Source of the DNA: a virus
Strand: one strand, 5' to 3'
DNA length: 64,000 nt
IMG/VR virus record: IMGVR_UViG_3300020192_000001
Span: 3,117 to 67,116 of that record
The notes beneath the pieces were generated by a model that worked only from the letters and a program-made list of their open reading frames with translations, was not told the DNA's origin and searched no databases. Position numbers and translations under genes: made by a program. This document shows, piece by piece, positions 25,739 to 35,146 of this stretch (position 1 is the stretch's first letter; each line of letters starts with the position of its first letter).

Positions 25739-26971
25739 ATGGACCTATCAAACATCCCCGAAACTGCGCCTACCGAACCCCAACCATCCACAGAGGGGCC
25801 GGTGACAGACATCGCCATCTCTGAGCCGGTCGCGGACGATACCCGCAACTTCATGGAGACCTTCATCGAGGATGCGGGCAGCCAGATGAATACCGGCGAG
25901 CCCAAATCTCCGGTGCAAAAGGACGCTGCCGTGGAAAAGAAACCCGGCGAGGGCGAAGCTGCCCCCGACAAAGAGGAAAAGCCGTCCGGCCAGGAAGATA
26001 AAGCCAAGCCGGCCGATGTGCTGGAAAAGACGCCGCCCAAAGGCATGAGCAAGGAAGCATCGAGGGTTTTTCACGAACTCAAGGATGAATTGCGCCAGGC
26101 CCGCAAACAAACCTCCGTCTTCGACGCGGAAAAGGCTTCTCTGACGGCCCGGATCACCGAACTGGAATCCACCACCGGCGATGCGGCCAAGTTGCGCGAA
26201 GACCTCACCGCGCGTGAGGAAAAGCTCTCGGAACAAGCCGCCGCCATCCAGTTGATCCGGCTGGAAAGCTCTGAACTCTGGAAAAGCGAGGTCGCCGCCC
26301 CCATGCAATCCGTGGTTGCCGCAACAATCGCCTTGGCCAAGGAATACGCCGACGTTCCCGAGGGTGAATTGCTTTCCGCCATCACCACCAATAACAAGCG
26401 CAAGCTGGATGAACTGCTGTCCGACATCCCGGAGTATGATCGTTTCGAGGCGCATACCCTGCGCAAGAAATACTCCGACATCGTAGCCCATCGCGACGAA
26501 TTGCAGAAAAGCGGTTCCGAACGCCTCACCCGCCTTCGCAGCGAGGAGCAACAGCGCGAACATGCCGAGATCGAACAGGACCGCCGCGAGCGCACCCGCC
26601 AGATCGAAACCACCATTCCCGCCGTGGAAAAAAACATCTCCCGATTCCTCGAAACCGATGCGGACAAACAGCGCATGAGCAAGGCCATGGAGATTGCCAA
26701 GTCCGACAGTCTGAACTCATACCCCGCCCACGTGCAGGCCGGGGCCGTGATGGCCGTGGCCGCTCTCCCGATCCTCATCCGCCGTCTGGATGCGCAATCC
26801 GCTCAAATTACCCAACTGAATACCGACATCGCAGGCTATCGCAAAAGCGACCCCGGCGCGGGCGGGGGCGGCCAGCAAAGTGTTGATGAAAACAGTTCAT
26901 CTTTCGATAGCGGAGACACTTTTGAGAGTGCCTTGGTGAAGTCCATTGCCGCCGGAAACGCCTCCCGATAA
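25739..26971 (+). CDS. Capsid scaffolding protein (putative)
   Basis: Acidic disordered N-terminus and long coiled coil; directly upstream of capsid gene. Confidence 0.7.
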   Translation: MDLSNIPETAPTEPQPSTEGPVTDIAISEPVADDTRNFMETFIEDAGSQMNTGEPKSPVQKDAAVEKKPGEGEAAPDKEEKPSGQEDKAKPADVLEKTPPKGMSKEASRVFHELKDELRQARKQTSVFDAEKASLTARITELESTTGDAAKLREDLTAREEKLSEQAAAIQLIRLESSELWKSEVAAPMQSVVAATIALAKEYADVPEGELLSAITTNNKRKLDELLSDIPEYDRFEAHTLRKKYSDIVAHRDELQKSGSERLTRLRSEEQQREHAEIEQDRRERTRQIETTIPAVEKNISRFLETDADKQRMSKAMEIAKSDSLNSYPAHVQAGAVMAVAALPILIRRLDAQSAQITQLNTDIAGYRKSDPGAGGGGQQSVDENSSSFDSGDTFESALVKSIAAGNASR

Positions 26972-26995
26972 TAATTCAAAATTTATCTTGCGTTA

Positions 26996-27016
26996 TTGCA
27001 AGTCACATGCGATAAG
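26996..27016 (+). promoter_or_regulatory. TTGCAA-N5-TTGC motif
   Basis: TTGCAA GTCAC ATGCGA TAAG upstream of the capsid leader. Confidence 0.5.
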
Positions 27017-27019
27017 CAA

Positions 27020-27225
27020 ATCGGAGGTTGGCTGACACCTCGGGCGAAAGCCCAAAAGACATCCGGTTCCGGTCTCGGTTCCTCATACCGATTCGAGCAA
27101 GCGGCCAGTCGCTCCGGCCACTAACGCGGAAACTATTCCGCACAAAAAAACCTCGAATCGGCACAACCCGGAAGTGCCACGGCCCTTGAAAAGCCAAAAC
27201 CCGCAAGGGACTCCGGAAAATCAAC
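27020..27225 (+). ncRNA. Candidate structured RNA / 5' leader of capsid gene
   Basis: GGGC-GAAA-GCCC hairpin; 10-bp stem CCGATTCGAG (27088)/CTCGAATCGG (27152) enclosing two hairpins. Confidence 0.35.
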
Positions 27226-28404
27226 ATGGCTTACAATCTCAATCCAACTCTGGTTTCCCTTACCGGAATGATCAGCAAGGACTTTTACCGGGAAAAAATC
27301 CGGTTCTCCAAATGGCTTTCTCTCATCCCTCGCGGGACGTGGGAAGACGAAGTCGGGTATTCCTATTCGGCGCTGCTTTTCAATCGCAGCTTTCCAACAG
27401 CGAATCCCACCTGGACCCGCATGGCGGCTCCTACTGGCAGCGGAAGCGGCACTTGCACCCCAACTCAGCTTGAGCTGACGACCGGCAGCACGACCCGCAG
27501 CATCGGCCTCGACATCATTGATGTGAAGTCCGAGGCGTTCTGTTCTCAGTTGATGCGATTCAACTACGAGATCAAGAAACAACTCTCGAACATCGTCGAG
27601 GGCTTCAAGGACAACATGAAGTTCGTTCTGGAGTCGAAGTATCAGGACGATTACACGAATACCACTGAGAACAAGCGCATCGCAAACAGCACCTTCTCGG
27701 CTGGCACTTCCAGCTTCCCCCTCACCGTGCCGACCAGCCCGGTGACTTTCGGAATGCTGAATGTGGTTCGCCAGGAACTCATCATCGCCGGCGCGGGTGA
27801 AGGTTCCTTCGGCATGGAAAACGGAGGCCCTGTCTTTATGGCCCTCGGTTCCATGGCTTCCATCGAAAACATCCTGCACAACAACCCCGACATCGTCGCC
27901 GACCTGCATTTCTCCAGCAAAGCGGATGACAACATTCGCGCCCTTGGGGTGGATCGCAGCTATCGCGGCTGGTATTTCGCGGCCATTGACTATCCCGCCC
28001 GCTGGGATTTCGCCGATGGTGCCTGGGTGCGTCGGTGGCCTTGGGCTGTCGATAGTCTTGCCACCTTTGGCGTCTCGACCAGCGTTGCCACCGCGTATAA
28101 CGACGCGGACTACGAGGACTTCTACATCATCCCGAACAAACGGGTGATGGAAGAACTCGTGCCAAAACCGATCAGCAGCTTCGGCAGCGGAACGGTCTGG
28201 AAGCCCGAAACCTTCGTTGCGGACGTAAACTGGAAGGTGATCCTCGACGAGGCAACCAACCCTTACGGTCGTATCGGTCGCTATTGGGGCAGCCTGGCCT
28301 TGGCCGCTGCGCCGATCCAGCCCCGCTTCGGCTACGTCATCCGCGCCAAACGCTGCGGTCTCGACCTCGGGCTCTCGACCTGCCCGACCTACAGCTACCC
28401 GTAA
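27226..28404 (+). CDS. Major capsid protein (putative)
   Basis: 392 aa after scaffold, strong codon bias, long leader, downstream hairpin. Confidence 0.75.
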   Translation: MAYNLNPTLVSLTGMISKDFYREKIRFSKWLSLIPRGTWEDEVGYSYSALLFNRSFPTANPTWTRMAAPTGSGSGTCTPTQLELTTGSTTRSIGLDIIDVKSEAFCSQLMRFNYEIKKQLSNIVEGFKDNMKFVLESKYQDDYTNTTENKRIANSTFSAGTSSFPLTVPTSPVTFGMLNVVRQELIIAGAGEGSFGMENGGPVFMALGSMASIENILHNNPDIVADLHFSSKADDNIRALGVDRSYRGWYFAAIDYPARWDFADGAWVRRWPWAVDSLATFGVSTSVATAYNDADYEDFYIIPNKRVMEELVPKPISSFGSGTVWKPETFVADVNWKVILDEATNPYGRIGRYWGSLALAAAPIQPRFGYVIRAKRCGLDLGLSTCPTYSYP

Positions 28405-28421
28405 GCGGTTTCATTCATACC

Positions 28422-28453
28422 CGCCCGCCGGGGCGTAAAATCTCCGGCGGGCG
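28422..28453 (+). terminator. GC-rich hairpin after capsid gene
   Basis: CGCCCGCCGG...CCGGCGGGCG stem; no U-tract. Confidence 0.35.
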
Positions 28454-28455
28454 CA

Positions 28456-28797
28456 ATGAGCGAAAACTCTAACGAAAGGAAACTTATGGACGACAAACTG
28501 ATTTTAGGAATGGCCGCTCCAGCCCTCGCTGGCGGCTTCATGCTCCCGGAGGGCTTTACCATCCCGGACGACACCAAAGAAGGCGATACCTTCGAGGCCC
28601 TCGTGACCCTCAAACTTGGATCCGGCGGAATGGCGATGCCTACCGCCGTGGATGGCATCCCGGTTTCAGCCGAAGCGGAAGACGATGAGATTCCCGACGA
28701 CGAGGCGGACGAGGCCATGCCCTTTGCGGATCGCGTGGAAAGCCGGATGCGCCCCATGAATCCCGACGAGGCTCCGGTTCAACAGGGAGATTATTAA
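28456..28797 (+). CDS. Acidic hypothetical protein
   Basis: ORF after capsid. Confidence 0.6.
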   Translation: MSENSNERKLMDDKLILGMAAPALAGGFMLPEGFTIPDDTKEGDTFEALVTLKLGSGGMAMPTAVDGIPVSAEAEDDEIPDDEADEAMPFADRVESRMRPMNPDEAPVQQGDY

Positions 28798-28803
28798 CGT
28801 GTC

Positions 28804-29109
28804 ATGTCGCTGTATCCAGAAGGAACGGCAGCATCAACAGGGGATAGTTTACTGCGAACTTTCAGAAAACTCCTCGAACGGGCAATTGAACTTTACGGAG
28901 ACAATATGACTTCCCCTTTTCCCGAAGGAGTAACCCCCAGCACCGGCGACAATCTTGAGCGCACTGCGATCAAGCTACTGAGTGTGCTTAATGGATCCAC
29001 CCTTACCGCAGCAGGCTTTGCCTCGCTTGATCTATCATTGCTCCCGACATCAGACCCCGGCGGCGGCAAACCTTGGCGCAATGGCGGTTTGATGCAAGTC
29101 GGCCCATAA
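28804..29109 (+). CDS. Hypothetical protein with internal duplication
   Basis: YPEGTAASTGDSLLRTFRKLL / FPEGVTPSTGDNLERTAIKLL; C-terminal LPTSDP. Confidence 0.6.
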   Translation: MSLYPEGTAASTGDSLLRTFRKLLERAIELYGDNMTSPFPEGVTPSTGDNLERTAIKLLSVLNGSTLTAAGFASLDLSLLPTSDPGGGKPWRNGGLMQVGP

Positions 29110-29117
29110 ACAATCTC

Positions 29118-30788
29118 ATGAAAAAACTACTCAGCATTTTCTGTCTTCTTCCGGCTTTCGCATTTGCGGCCAGCCCTACTCTTGGGCCTGGCGGTGCATG
29201 GGGCACCCCAACAATCACCAGCGGCACGCTGCAAGGCACCACGGTCAACACCGGCACAATCAGCGGCGGGGCGTTTGTCGGCGACGGCTCGGGGCTCACT
29301 AGCGTCGGGGTAGTCACTGCCGATGGCGGGGGGAAATTGGGAACCAGCGCAAGCGCAACCACTGGCGGAGCCGTGGGGTATAACGCAATCGCAACCGCTG
29401 GCGGGTCCGTGGGAAGCGACGCAAGCGCAACCACTGGCGGAGCCGTGGGGCAGAGCGCATCCGCAACCACTGGTGGAGCCGTGGGGCAGAGCGCATCCGC
29501 AACCACTGGATTTGCTGGCGGCGTAGGAGCCATCGCGGACGCTGGCGGCGTCAACTTTTCCAGCAACGGCATCAGCAGCACCTATTCCGGCAGCGGCATT
29601 GCCATCAACGCCATCGAACTCGCTAGCTCTAACGGCGCAATCCCGCCATCACGCACGGCGCAGCGGACGACATTTTCCAACACGACTGCGACAATCTCCG
29701 CAGGGACGGCTTATCTCGGCCAGACGGGCACGATGTCCGCGTCGAGGGTCGTCAACGTGCCGCTGGCTAACTCAGTGCCCGCAGGCTACCAGCTGGTCAT
29801 CGCGGACGAGAGCGGCACCGTGACCAACGCCAACACGGTGGTCCTGACCCGCGCAGGGTCCGATTTGCTTAACAACGCGACCACGGAGGCGATGGCGTCC
29901 GCCTACACCCACCGTCGGTTGATTTCCAACGGCACCAACGCATGGCTATTTGACGCGGGCGTTGCGCGGCTCGGCGCGGCAAGCAACACCTTTTCTGGCA
30001 ATCAGGTTGTCAACGGCAACGCCACATTCGGCGATGCGGCGGCGGATGAGTTTGTCGTAGCCGATGACGACCCGCGATTTTCCAACCTAACGGCGGCAAC
30101 TTTCGTCGCGGCTGCCGATGCCACGCTTGCCGTAAACGGGTTGGTAATGACTAACCACATTCTAAGGCGACTCAGTGAGTCAAGCCCCGTCGTGGCGGGG
30201 GAATTTTCCTACACATTTGCCGGATCAGGAGCCAGTTTTCTCAGTGCAAGAATTGTCGATCTGCGCACCGGGAACACAGCGAGTTCGCTCGCCGCCGCGA
30301 GAACTCCCCACACTGGCCAAAGCGCATACATGAACGGCGTTGCATCTAATACTAGCATGAATTGGGCCGTGCCTGTTGCGTTCAGCTTCCGCGTGCATTG
30401 CTTTGACTTATCAGCAGACTCTGTGCTGCGGTGCTATCTGGGGCGGACGATTAGTTCCACGACAGATGGAGATTCTAGCACTCGTGCTATCGGCATCCGC
30501 ATGATCGGTCGCCGCCTTTGGCTGGAGCGGCACGACGGCACAACCCTTGCCTCCACGGACACCGGGTATGATTTCCCTAACGTCACGGGAGCGACGATCG
30601 GGGTGGCAGTATTGTCTGACGGTGCTGGAAATGTGTCGCTTAACGTAAACGGTGCCCTCATTACATCGGTCACCGGAGGTCCAACCACCGCATCAAATGC
30701 CTCCGAAGCAGGAATCTGGATGGCGGCATCAAATCCCTCCACAGACGGATTATCCGTCATTATCGGAGGCATCGTCGTTACTTATTAA
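29118..30788 (+). CDS. Tail fibre/adhesin-like protein with signal peptide
   Basis: G/A/T/S-rich, 12-aa SASATTGGAVG repeats, N-terminal MKKLLSIFCLLPAFAFA. Confidence 0.65.
   Translation: MKKLLSIFCLLPAFAFAASPTLGPGGAWGTPTITSGTLQGTTVNTGTISGGAFVGDGSGLTSVGVVTADGGGKLGTSASATTGGAVGYNAIATAGGSVGSDASATTGGAVGQSASATTGGAVGQSASATTGFAGGVGAIADAGGVNFSSNGISSTYSGSGIAINAIELASSNGAIPPSRTAQRTTFSNTTATISAGTAYLGQTGTMSASRVVNVPLANSVPAGYQLVIADESGTVTNANTVVLTRAGSDLLNNATTEAMASAYTHRRLISNGTNAWLFDAGVARLGAASNTFSGNQVVNGNATFGDAAADEFVVADDDPRFSNLTAATFVAAADATLAVNGLVMTNHILRRLSESSPVVAGEFSYTFAGSGASFLSARIVDLRTGNTASSLAAARTPHTGQSAYMNGVASNTSMNWAVPVAFSFRVHCFDLSADSVLRCYLGRTISSTTDGDSSTRAIGIRMIGRRLWLERHDGTTLASTDTGYDFPNVTGATIGVAVLSDGAGNVSLNVNGALITSVTGGPTTASNASEAGIWMAASNPSTDGLSVIIGGIVVTY
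29346..29510 (+). repeat. 36-bp coding tandem repeat (~4.5 units)
   Basis: agcgca..cgcaaccactggcggagccgtgggg units. Confidence 0.8.
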
Positions 30789-30796
30789 AATTTATC

Positions 30797-31219
30797 ATGA
30801 AAAAACTAATCCTCATCCTCGCGGCCTGCGTGGTCGCGCTCACCCCGCAAATCAACGCTCAATCCATCCTCACGGATTCCGCGTTATCTCCTGCTGAGAC
30901 TCGGGCGGTGGCGATCCAAGACAACGCGCAATCGTTTCGGGACTCGATCATCGGCGAGATGCGTCACGCGGTCGGATTGTGGAGCGGAAGCTACGAAGAA
31001 AATCTGGCAACCGTCACCGCTCTCGGGCCGACGAAGACCGCCCAAAGTTTCGCGCTCTTTACGGGATTCGCGGGCGGCGTCAGGGCACTGCTCGTCAGCT
31101 TTGGTGATACCTCAGCCGTGGCGCAAGTGGACGCGTTACTCGCGCAAGTCCCAGCCCACACCACGGACGCCAACGGGATCATCACACTGACCGCGCCAAC
31201 GCCTGAGCCTGAGCCCTAA
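30797..31219 (+). CDS. Exported hypothetical protein
   Basis: MKKLILILAACVVALTPQINA signal peptide. Confidence 0.65.
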   Translation: MKKLILILAACVVALTPQINAQSILTDSALSPAETRAVAIQDNAQSFRDSIIGEMRHAVGLWSGSYEENLATVTALGPTKTAQSFALFTGFAGGVRALLVSFGDTSAVAQVDALLAQVPAHTTDANGIITLTAPTPEPEP

Positions 31220-31566
31220 TGAGATTCCTCACCGCCATATTCTGCATCGGCCTCGCGTCCTGCGCGAATACCATCCAGCTTCCCAACGGCTGCGTCGTGG
31301 ATGCGCTGTCGCACAAATACAGCGTGAGCGCCAAAGCGCAACTTGCGGGCAAGGCGGCGTTCAACGAGGTGCTGCTGGTGAGCTTCACGGACTCAAAATC
31401 CGGCCACGCGCTTTCCGTTTTCTCCGAAGGCATTAACCTTTGGGGTTACGATTATCTCCGCTCTTCGTGGGTGGTCTGGAAAAATTACACGGTGCCCCCC
31501 AGCGTAAATCAAGTCGCGTGGCGCATCTACCCTGCATATAGGGTCAAGCAAGCGCAGTGGCTCTAA
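31219..31566 (+). CDS. Putative lipoprotein
   Basis: LASC lipobox. Confidence 0.55.
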   Translation: MRFLTAIFCIGLASCANTIQLPNGCVVDALSHKYSVSAKAQLAGKAAFNEVLLVSFTDSKSGHALSVFSEGINLWGYDYLRSSWVVWKNYTVPPSVNQVAWRIYPAYRVKQAQWL

Positions 31567-31572
31567 AATACG

Positions 31573-31848
31573 ATGAACATCACCGACGTTACCGAACTAA
31601 CCACATTCGCCGCAGGGCAATCTGACCGATGGATGTTCGTGGCCTTGCTCGTAATCGGGATGGTCGTTGCCCTTACGTCTGGAGTTTGGATGACTCGATA
31701 TTTTACGGCCGAACTCAAGGCGGCGCGGCTGGAGTTCCAGCAGTTGTCAAAAATTTTTAACGCGCACTTGCTTGAATCAAACAAGGAGCTTGCTTCGCTT
31801 ATCGCAAAAAACACCGACGCCATGAACCGCGTCACATCAAAACTATGA
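31573..31848 (+). CDS. Membrane protein, holin-like
   Basis: One TM segment plus coiled coil; lysis region. Confidence 0.5.
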   Translation: MNITDVTELTTFAAGQSDRWMFVALLVIGMVVALTSGVWMTRYFTAELKAARLEFQQLSKIFNAHLLESNKELASLIAKNTDAMNRVTSKL

Positions 31849-32129
31849 AAACCCTGCTCCTCAAACTCCTTGGAATTTCCCAACCATTGCTGGATTTCTT
31901 CATGCCGCTTTTAACGCGGCAAATTGGCGACTCCTTATCTCGCCTGTTGCCGATTGCGCTGGAAATTGTGGCTGAACTGGCAACAAAAAAAAATTTGACC
32001 AATGCGGAAAAGCGGGCCGCAGCCGTGAACCGGCTCACCTCAGAAATCAAGGTCGAAGGCATTGCGGCAACCAACTCACTCATTAATTTTGCCATTGAAG
32101 CCGCAGTGCAGAAGCTAAAATCGAAATGA
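31845..32129 (+). CDS. Holin-like/hypothetical protein
   Basis: LTNAEKR..A...IE.AV pattern; lysis region. Confidence 0.45.
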   Translation: MKTLLLKLLGISQPLLDFFMPLLTRQIGDSLSRLLPIALEIVAELATKKNLTNAEKRAAAVNRLTSEIKVEGIAATNSLINFAIEAAVQKLKSK

Positions 32130-32416
32130 ATCCAGTACCCATGAAAACGCCGCAGCCGATCCTGTATATCGTCGTGGCAACCGCGTCTCTCCTTGCGCTT
32201 GGAACGTCCGGCACGATTTGCTGGCTGACCTTGCAGGGCGTGGATGTTTCGCCCGCGTTTCAGGCGACAGAACGCATCTTCATTGCGGCATCGTCCTTTA
32301 TGTTTGGGATGCTGGCAAATACGAGGTCGGCCGAAGCTAACCAAGACCACGTGCAAGAAACTTCCACGGAGACGATTCAGCGAAAATCTCCTGTCACAGA
32401 CGAAGATTTGAAATGA
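32126..32416 (+). CDS. Two-TM membrane protein
   Basis: Two hydrophobic segments, charged tail. Confidence 0.55.
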   Translation: MNPVPMKTPQPILYIVVATASLLALGTSGTICWLTLQGVDVSPAFQATERIFIAASSFMFGMLANTRSAEANQDHVQETSTETIQRKSPVTDEDLK

Positions 32417-32595
32417 AATGGCTCTTTAACAAATCTCTGTCGTGGATCGTGCAGGCGGGTTTCCGCAAGTTGCCTCCTGACATCCAAGACGAAGTTCGTA
32501 AAGCCATTAATGACACTTACCCAGATGGAGAAATCCGAAAGGCCGTTGCGGTCTTGAACAAGCGCGGAACGCCGATAGTCCCACACGACGCATAA
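32413..32595 (+). CDS. Hypothetical protein
   Basis: ATGA-coupled ORF. Confidence 0.45.
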   Translation: MKWLFNKSLSWIVQAGFRKLPPDIQDEVRKAINDTYPDGEIRKAVAVLNKRGTPIVPHDA

Positions 32596-32597
32596 TT

Positions 32598-33077
32598 ATG
32601 ACCGCTCCACAAAAGAACTTTCTCGCCGCCGTGCGAGAATCTTTGCTGCCCATTATCGCGGGCGCGATCTGCACTTTTACCGGATGCGCATCATTCCAAA
32701 GCGGCCCGGTCTTTTACGAGCCTGTCACCAAGATCGACAAGAACGGAAACGCCAGCGTCAAAATGGAAAAGGTTCTGGCCCTGGACGCCGACATTGAGGG
32801 CGACCGCATTGAGATCAAGACTCCCTCGACTTCCCTCATTGTTACGGCTCCGGTAGGCGTTTACACCGAAAGGGTAATACTCAATCGCAAGGGCGATGCC
32901 GTTCTCGGAACTGAGAGGATTCCCGCCCTCGCACGCATCGGAACCTCTCCGGTTATCAGCTCCAAGGGCACCGCCTTTCGGGAAGGGGCTGGGGCCATCG
33001 GCCAAACTATCGCTACGAGCGTGGCGGCTTCTGTCCTCGCCCCAATAGGAGGCAGCGCCATAGGAGTAATCAAATGA
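32598..33077 (+). CDS. Putative lipoprotein with C-terminal TM (spanin-like)
   Basis: FTGC lipobox-like motif; hydrophobic C-terminus. Confidence 0.45.
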   Translation: MTAPQKNFLAAVRESLLPIIAGAICTFTGCASFQSGPVFYEPVTKIDKNGNASVKMEKVLALDADIEGDRIEIKTPSTSLIVTAPVGVYTERVILNRKGDAVLGTERIPALARIGTSPVISSKGTAFREGAGAIGQTIATSVAASVLAPIGGSAIGVIK

Positions 33078-33213
33078 CGGCACCAAGCGGCAGCAGGATC
33101 GCATCGTTTATGTTGGCCTGCGCCATGTTCGCGGTGATCTGTTTTTGCCTGCGCTCCTGCCAAGGCCAGATTGATTACCACCGGCCTGTCGGGGCCATCC
33201 CGGAGGCATACAG

Positions 33214-33729
33214 ATGACCAAGGATCAAATCCGCGCCGCACTGGTCAAGATTGCCGCCGGGGAGGTCGGTCAGCGCGAGCAGGGCGGAAACAATAAGGGC
33301 GAAAGGGTGAGGCTCTACCAGTCAGCAACATGGCTGCATCCCGACGCCTGGCCGTGGTGCGCCGCGTTTGTTTGCTGGGCAATCAAGGGATGGCTCAAGG
33401 TGCCTGGCGTGGCGGAAGGCATGAGCTTAACCCGCCCGGAAAGCTGGCGTCCAAAAACGGCCGGCGCGTTTGATTATGCTCGCTGGGCGCGGGAAAAGAA
33501 TTTGCTGGTCCTGCCGGAAAGCGCGGAAGTGTTTCCGGGCGACATCGTAATTTATGATTTTTCGCACATCGGAATTATCACGGACCGGGCCATTGCGCGG
33601 TCGGTTTATATCGAGGCCATCGAGGGCAACACCAACGGCAAGGGCGACCGAGATTCAACCTCTGGCGATGGCGTCTGGAGGAAGACGCGGGCAAGGGGAC
33701 TCGCCAAGCAGTTCATCCGCCTGGTGTAA
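33214..33729 (+). CDS. Endolysin, CHAP-domain amidase
   Basis: E.GGNN.G, PWCAAFV.W, GDIVIYDFSHIGI and IEGNT motifs. Confidence 0.9.
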   Translation: MTKDQIRAALVKIAAGEVGQREQGGNNKGERVRLYQSATWLHPDAWPWCAAFVCWAIKGWLKVPGVAEGMSLTRPESWRPKTAGAFDYARWAREKNLLVLPESAEVFPGDIVIYDFSHIGIITDRAIARSVYIEAIEGNTNGKGDRDSTSGDGVWRKTRARGLAKQFIRLV

Positions 33730-33734
33730 CCCCC

Positions 33735-33947
33735 ATGAGCCGCCTTTCCAAAGAGAATGACAAGATTCTGACCTTCTGGGAGCGGTGGACGGAAGACTCC
33801 AGCCGCGTCACCAACGTCGTGCAGCGCGTCACCGTAGATGGCGTCTCCGTGCAGCTCTCGGCGGTGATCCATGCGGCCGGCCTGGAATTTAGAAAAGCCA
33901 AACTGCGCGAAGCAAAAGAGCGATTCGGGCAGGACGACGAGGCGTAG
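33735..33947 (+). CDS. Hypothetical protein
   Basis: Last gene of the late operon. Confidence 0.45.
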   Translation: MSRLSKENDKILTFWERWTEDSSRVTNVVQRVTVDGVSVQLSAVIHAAGLEFRKAKLREAKERFGQDDEA

Positions 33948-34018
33948 ATTCTTCTGGGGGAGGACATCGTATGGCTGCCCCTTGCCGATATGATTGCGGG
34001 GCTTTGAAAAACCCCCTG

Positions 34019-34210
34019 CTACTTCTTGACGGCCTTCTGGATCTTGCGCTTGCCTCGGTCCTTGAGTGCTTCGCATTCTGCTTGCGCTTTATCGCTTGCC
34101 TCTTGGATCAAATCACAAACCATCGCGGAGAATGATTGCCGGTTCTTTTTGGAAAGAGCCTTTCCGGCCAGGCGAATATCTGGAGACATCGAAACGCCAA
34201 TGCCCTTCAT
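34019..34210 (-). CDS. Ribbon-helix-helix regulator (repressor-like)
   Basis: IGVSMSPDI..GK.L.....SFS.MV.DLI RHH pattern; divergent orientation. Confidence 0.65.
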   Translation of the reverse strand: MKGIGVSMSPDIRLAGKALSKKNRQSFSAMVCDLIQEASDKAQAECEALKDRGKRKIQKAVKK

Positions 34211-34337
34211 TTTCTCGCAAGCTGTCTTTTTTAGGATTCATGTCAATCTTTTAATGTTATTTATCAATAATTGTCAACATTTGCTTTTATGAATCTTTTT
34301 TATTGTAGCCTTATCAAGTGTTGATAATGTCTAGGAA
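34211..34337. promoter_or_regulatory. Divergent promoter/operator region
   Basis: AT-rich, with several TRTCAA/TTGATA boxes between two RHH genes. Confidence 0.55.
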
Positions 34338-34508
34338 ATGGCTAGAAAGAAGATCCCTGCAACGAAAAAAATCACGGTAGCTGGCGTATCGTTTCCTCCC
34401 GAAATCTTGAAGCAGGGGAAGCAACTCGCTTTTCAGAGCGGAGTTTCCTTTTCAAAAATGGTTTCGGATTTAGTGCGCGTAAGGCTGGAACTGGAGGCCG
34501 CAAAATGA
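34338..34508 (+). CDS. Ribbon-helix-helix regulator (Cro-position; absent from ORF track)
   Basis: MARKKIPATKKITVAGVSFPPEILKQGKQLAFQSGVSFSKMVSDLVRVRLELEAAK, paralogous to 34019-34210. Confidence 0.65.
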   Translation: MARKKIPATKKITVAGVSFPPEILKQGKQLAFQSGVSFSKMVSDLVRVRLELEAAK

Positions 34509-34569
34509 AACCTGCCGGACTCCACGCCACGCTGACAAAGCTGGCCCCAAAATTTACCAAAGCCAGCGA

Positions 34570-34776
34570 ATGGCCAATCTCAAAACGCAAATGAGCCCGC
34601 TTTTCATTCTCTTCGGCTTGCTGGCCATCGCGATCTACGGGGCGGCCGGATGCGAACGTGCCCGATGCAATGCGCAATGGCGCAAATGGAACGACAACTA
34701 TCGCGACGGTGACGCGCCTGACGGCATGGACCGGAGCGGATTCACCGCATCGGACAGAAAGAAATTCAATTTATGA
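34570..34776 (+). CDS. Small membrane protein/lipoprotein
   Basis: Hydrophobic stretch followed by AAGC. Confidence 0.45.
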   Translation: MANLKTQMSPLFILFGLLAIAIYGAAGCERARCNAQWRKWNDNYRDGDAPDGMDRSGFTASDRKKFNL

Positions 34777-35078
34777 ACGATCCCTACATCATTGCGGCGG
34801 GGATCGGTGCCTGCATCGGCGGCGCCATCGCCACTTTTATCATGCTGCTTATCTGGTGGCGCGTAGAGGATAGCTACATCGAATCGGTGGACCTGCACCG
34901 CTTCATAGCGATGCAGGCTTACCGCGAAAAGCGAACTGCGCAGCATGAATGCGCCGACCTCATTGAGGAAAACGACCGCCTCTTTCAAATGCTCAACGGC
35001 ACGGGCGATGATAGTGACGCCGCTTTCGCCCGCGCCAGGGACTACGCCAACAGCCCGTTTTTCAAACCCCGCGAGTAA
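34773..35078 (+). CDS. Membrane-anchored hypothetical protein
   Basis: N-terminal TM segment. Confidence 0.55.
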   Translation: MNDPYIIAAGIGACIGGAIATFIMLLIWWRVEDSYIESVDLHRFIAMQAYREKRTAQHECADLIEENDRLFQMLNGTGDDSDAAFARARDYANSPFFKPRE

Positions 35079-35146
35079 TTTCCCAAGACCCTACTAAGGA
35101 TGTCCACCCCCAAGAATCACCCAAATAACCAACCAAATAACCTAGT

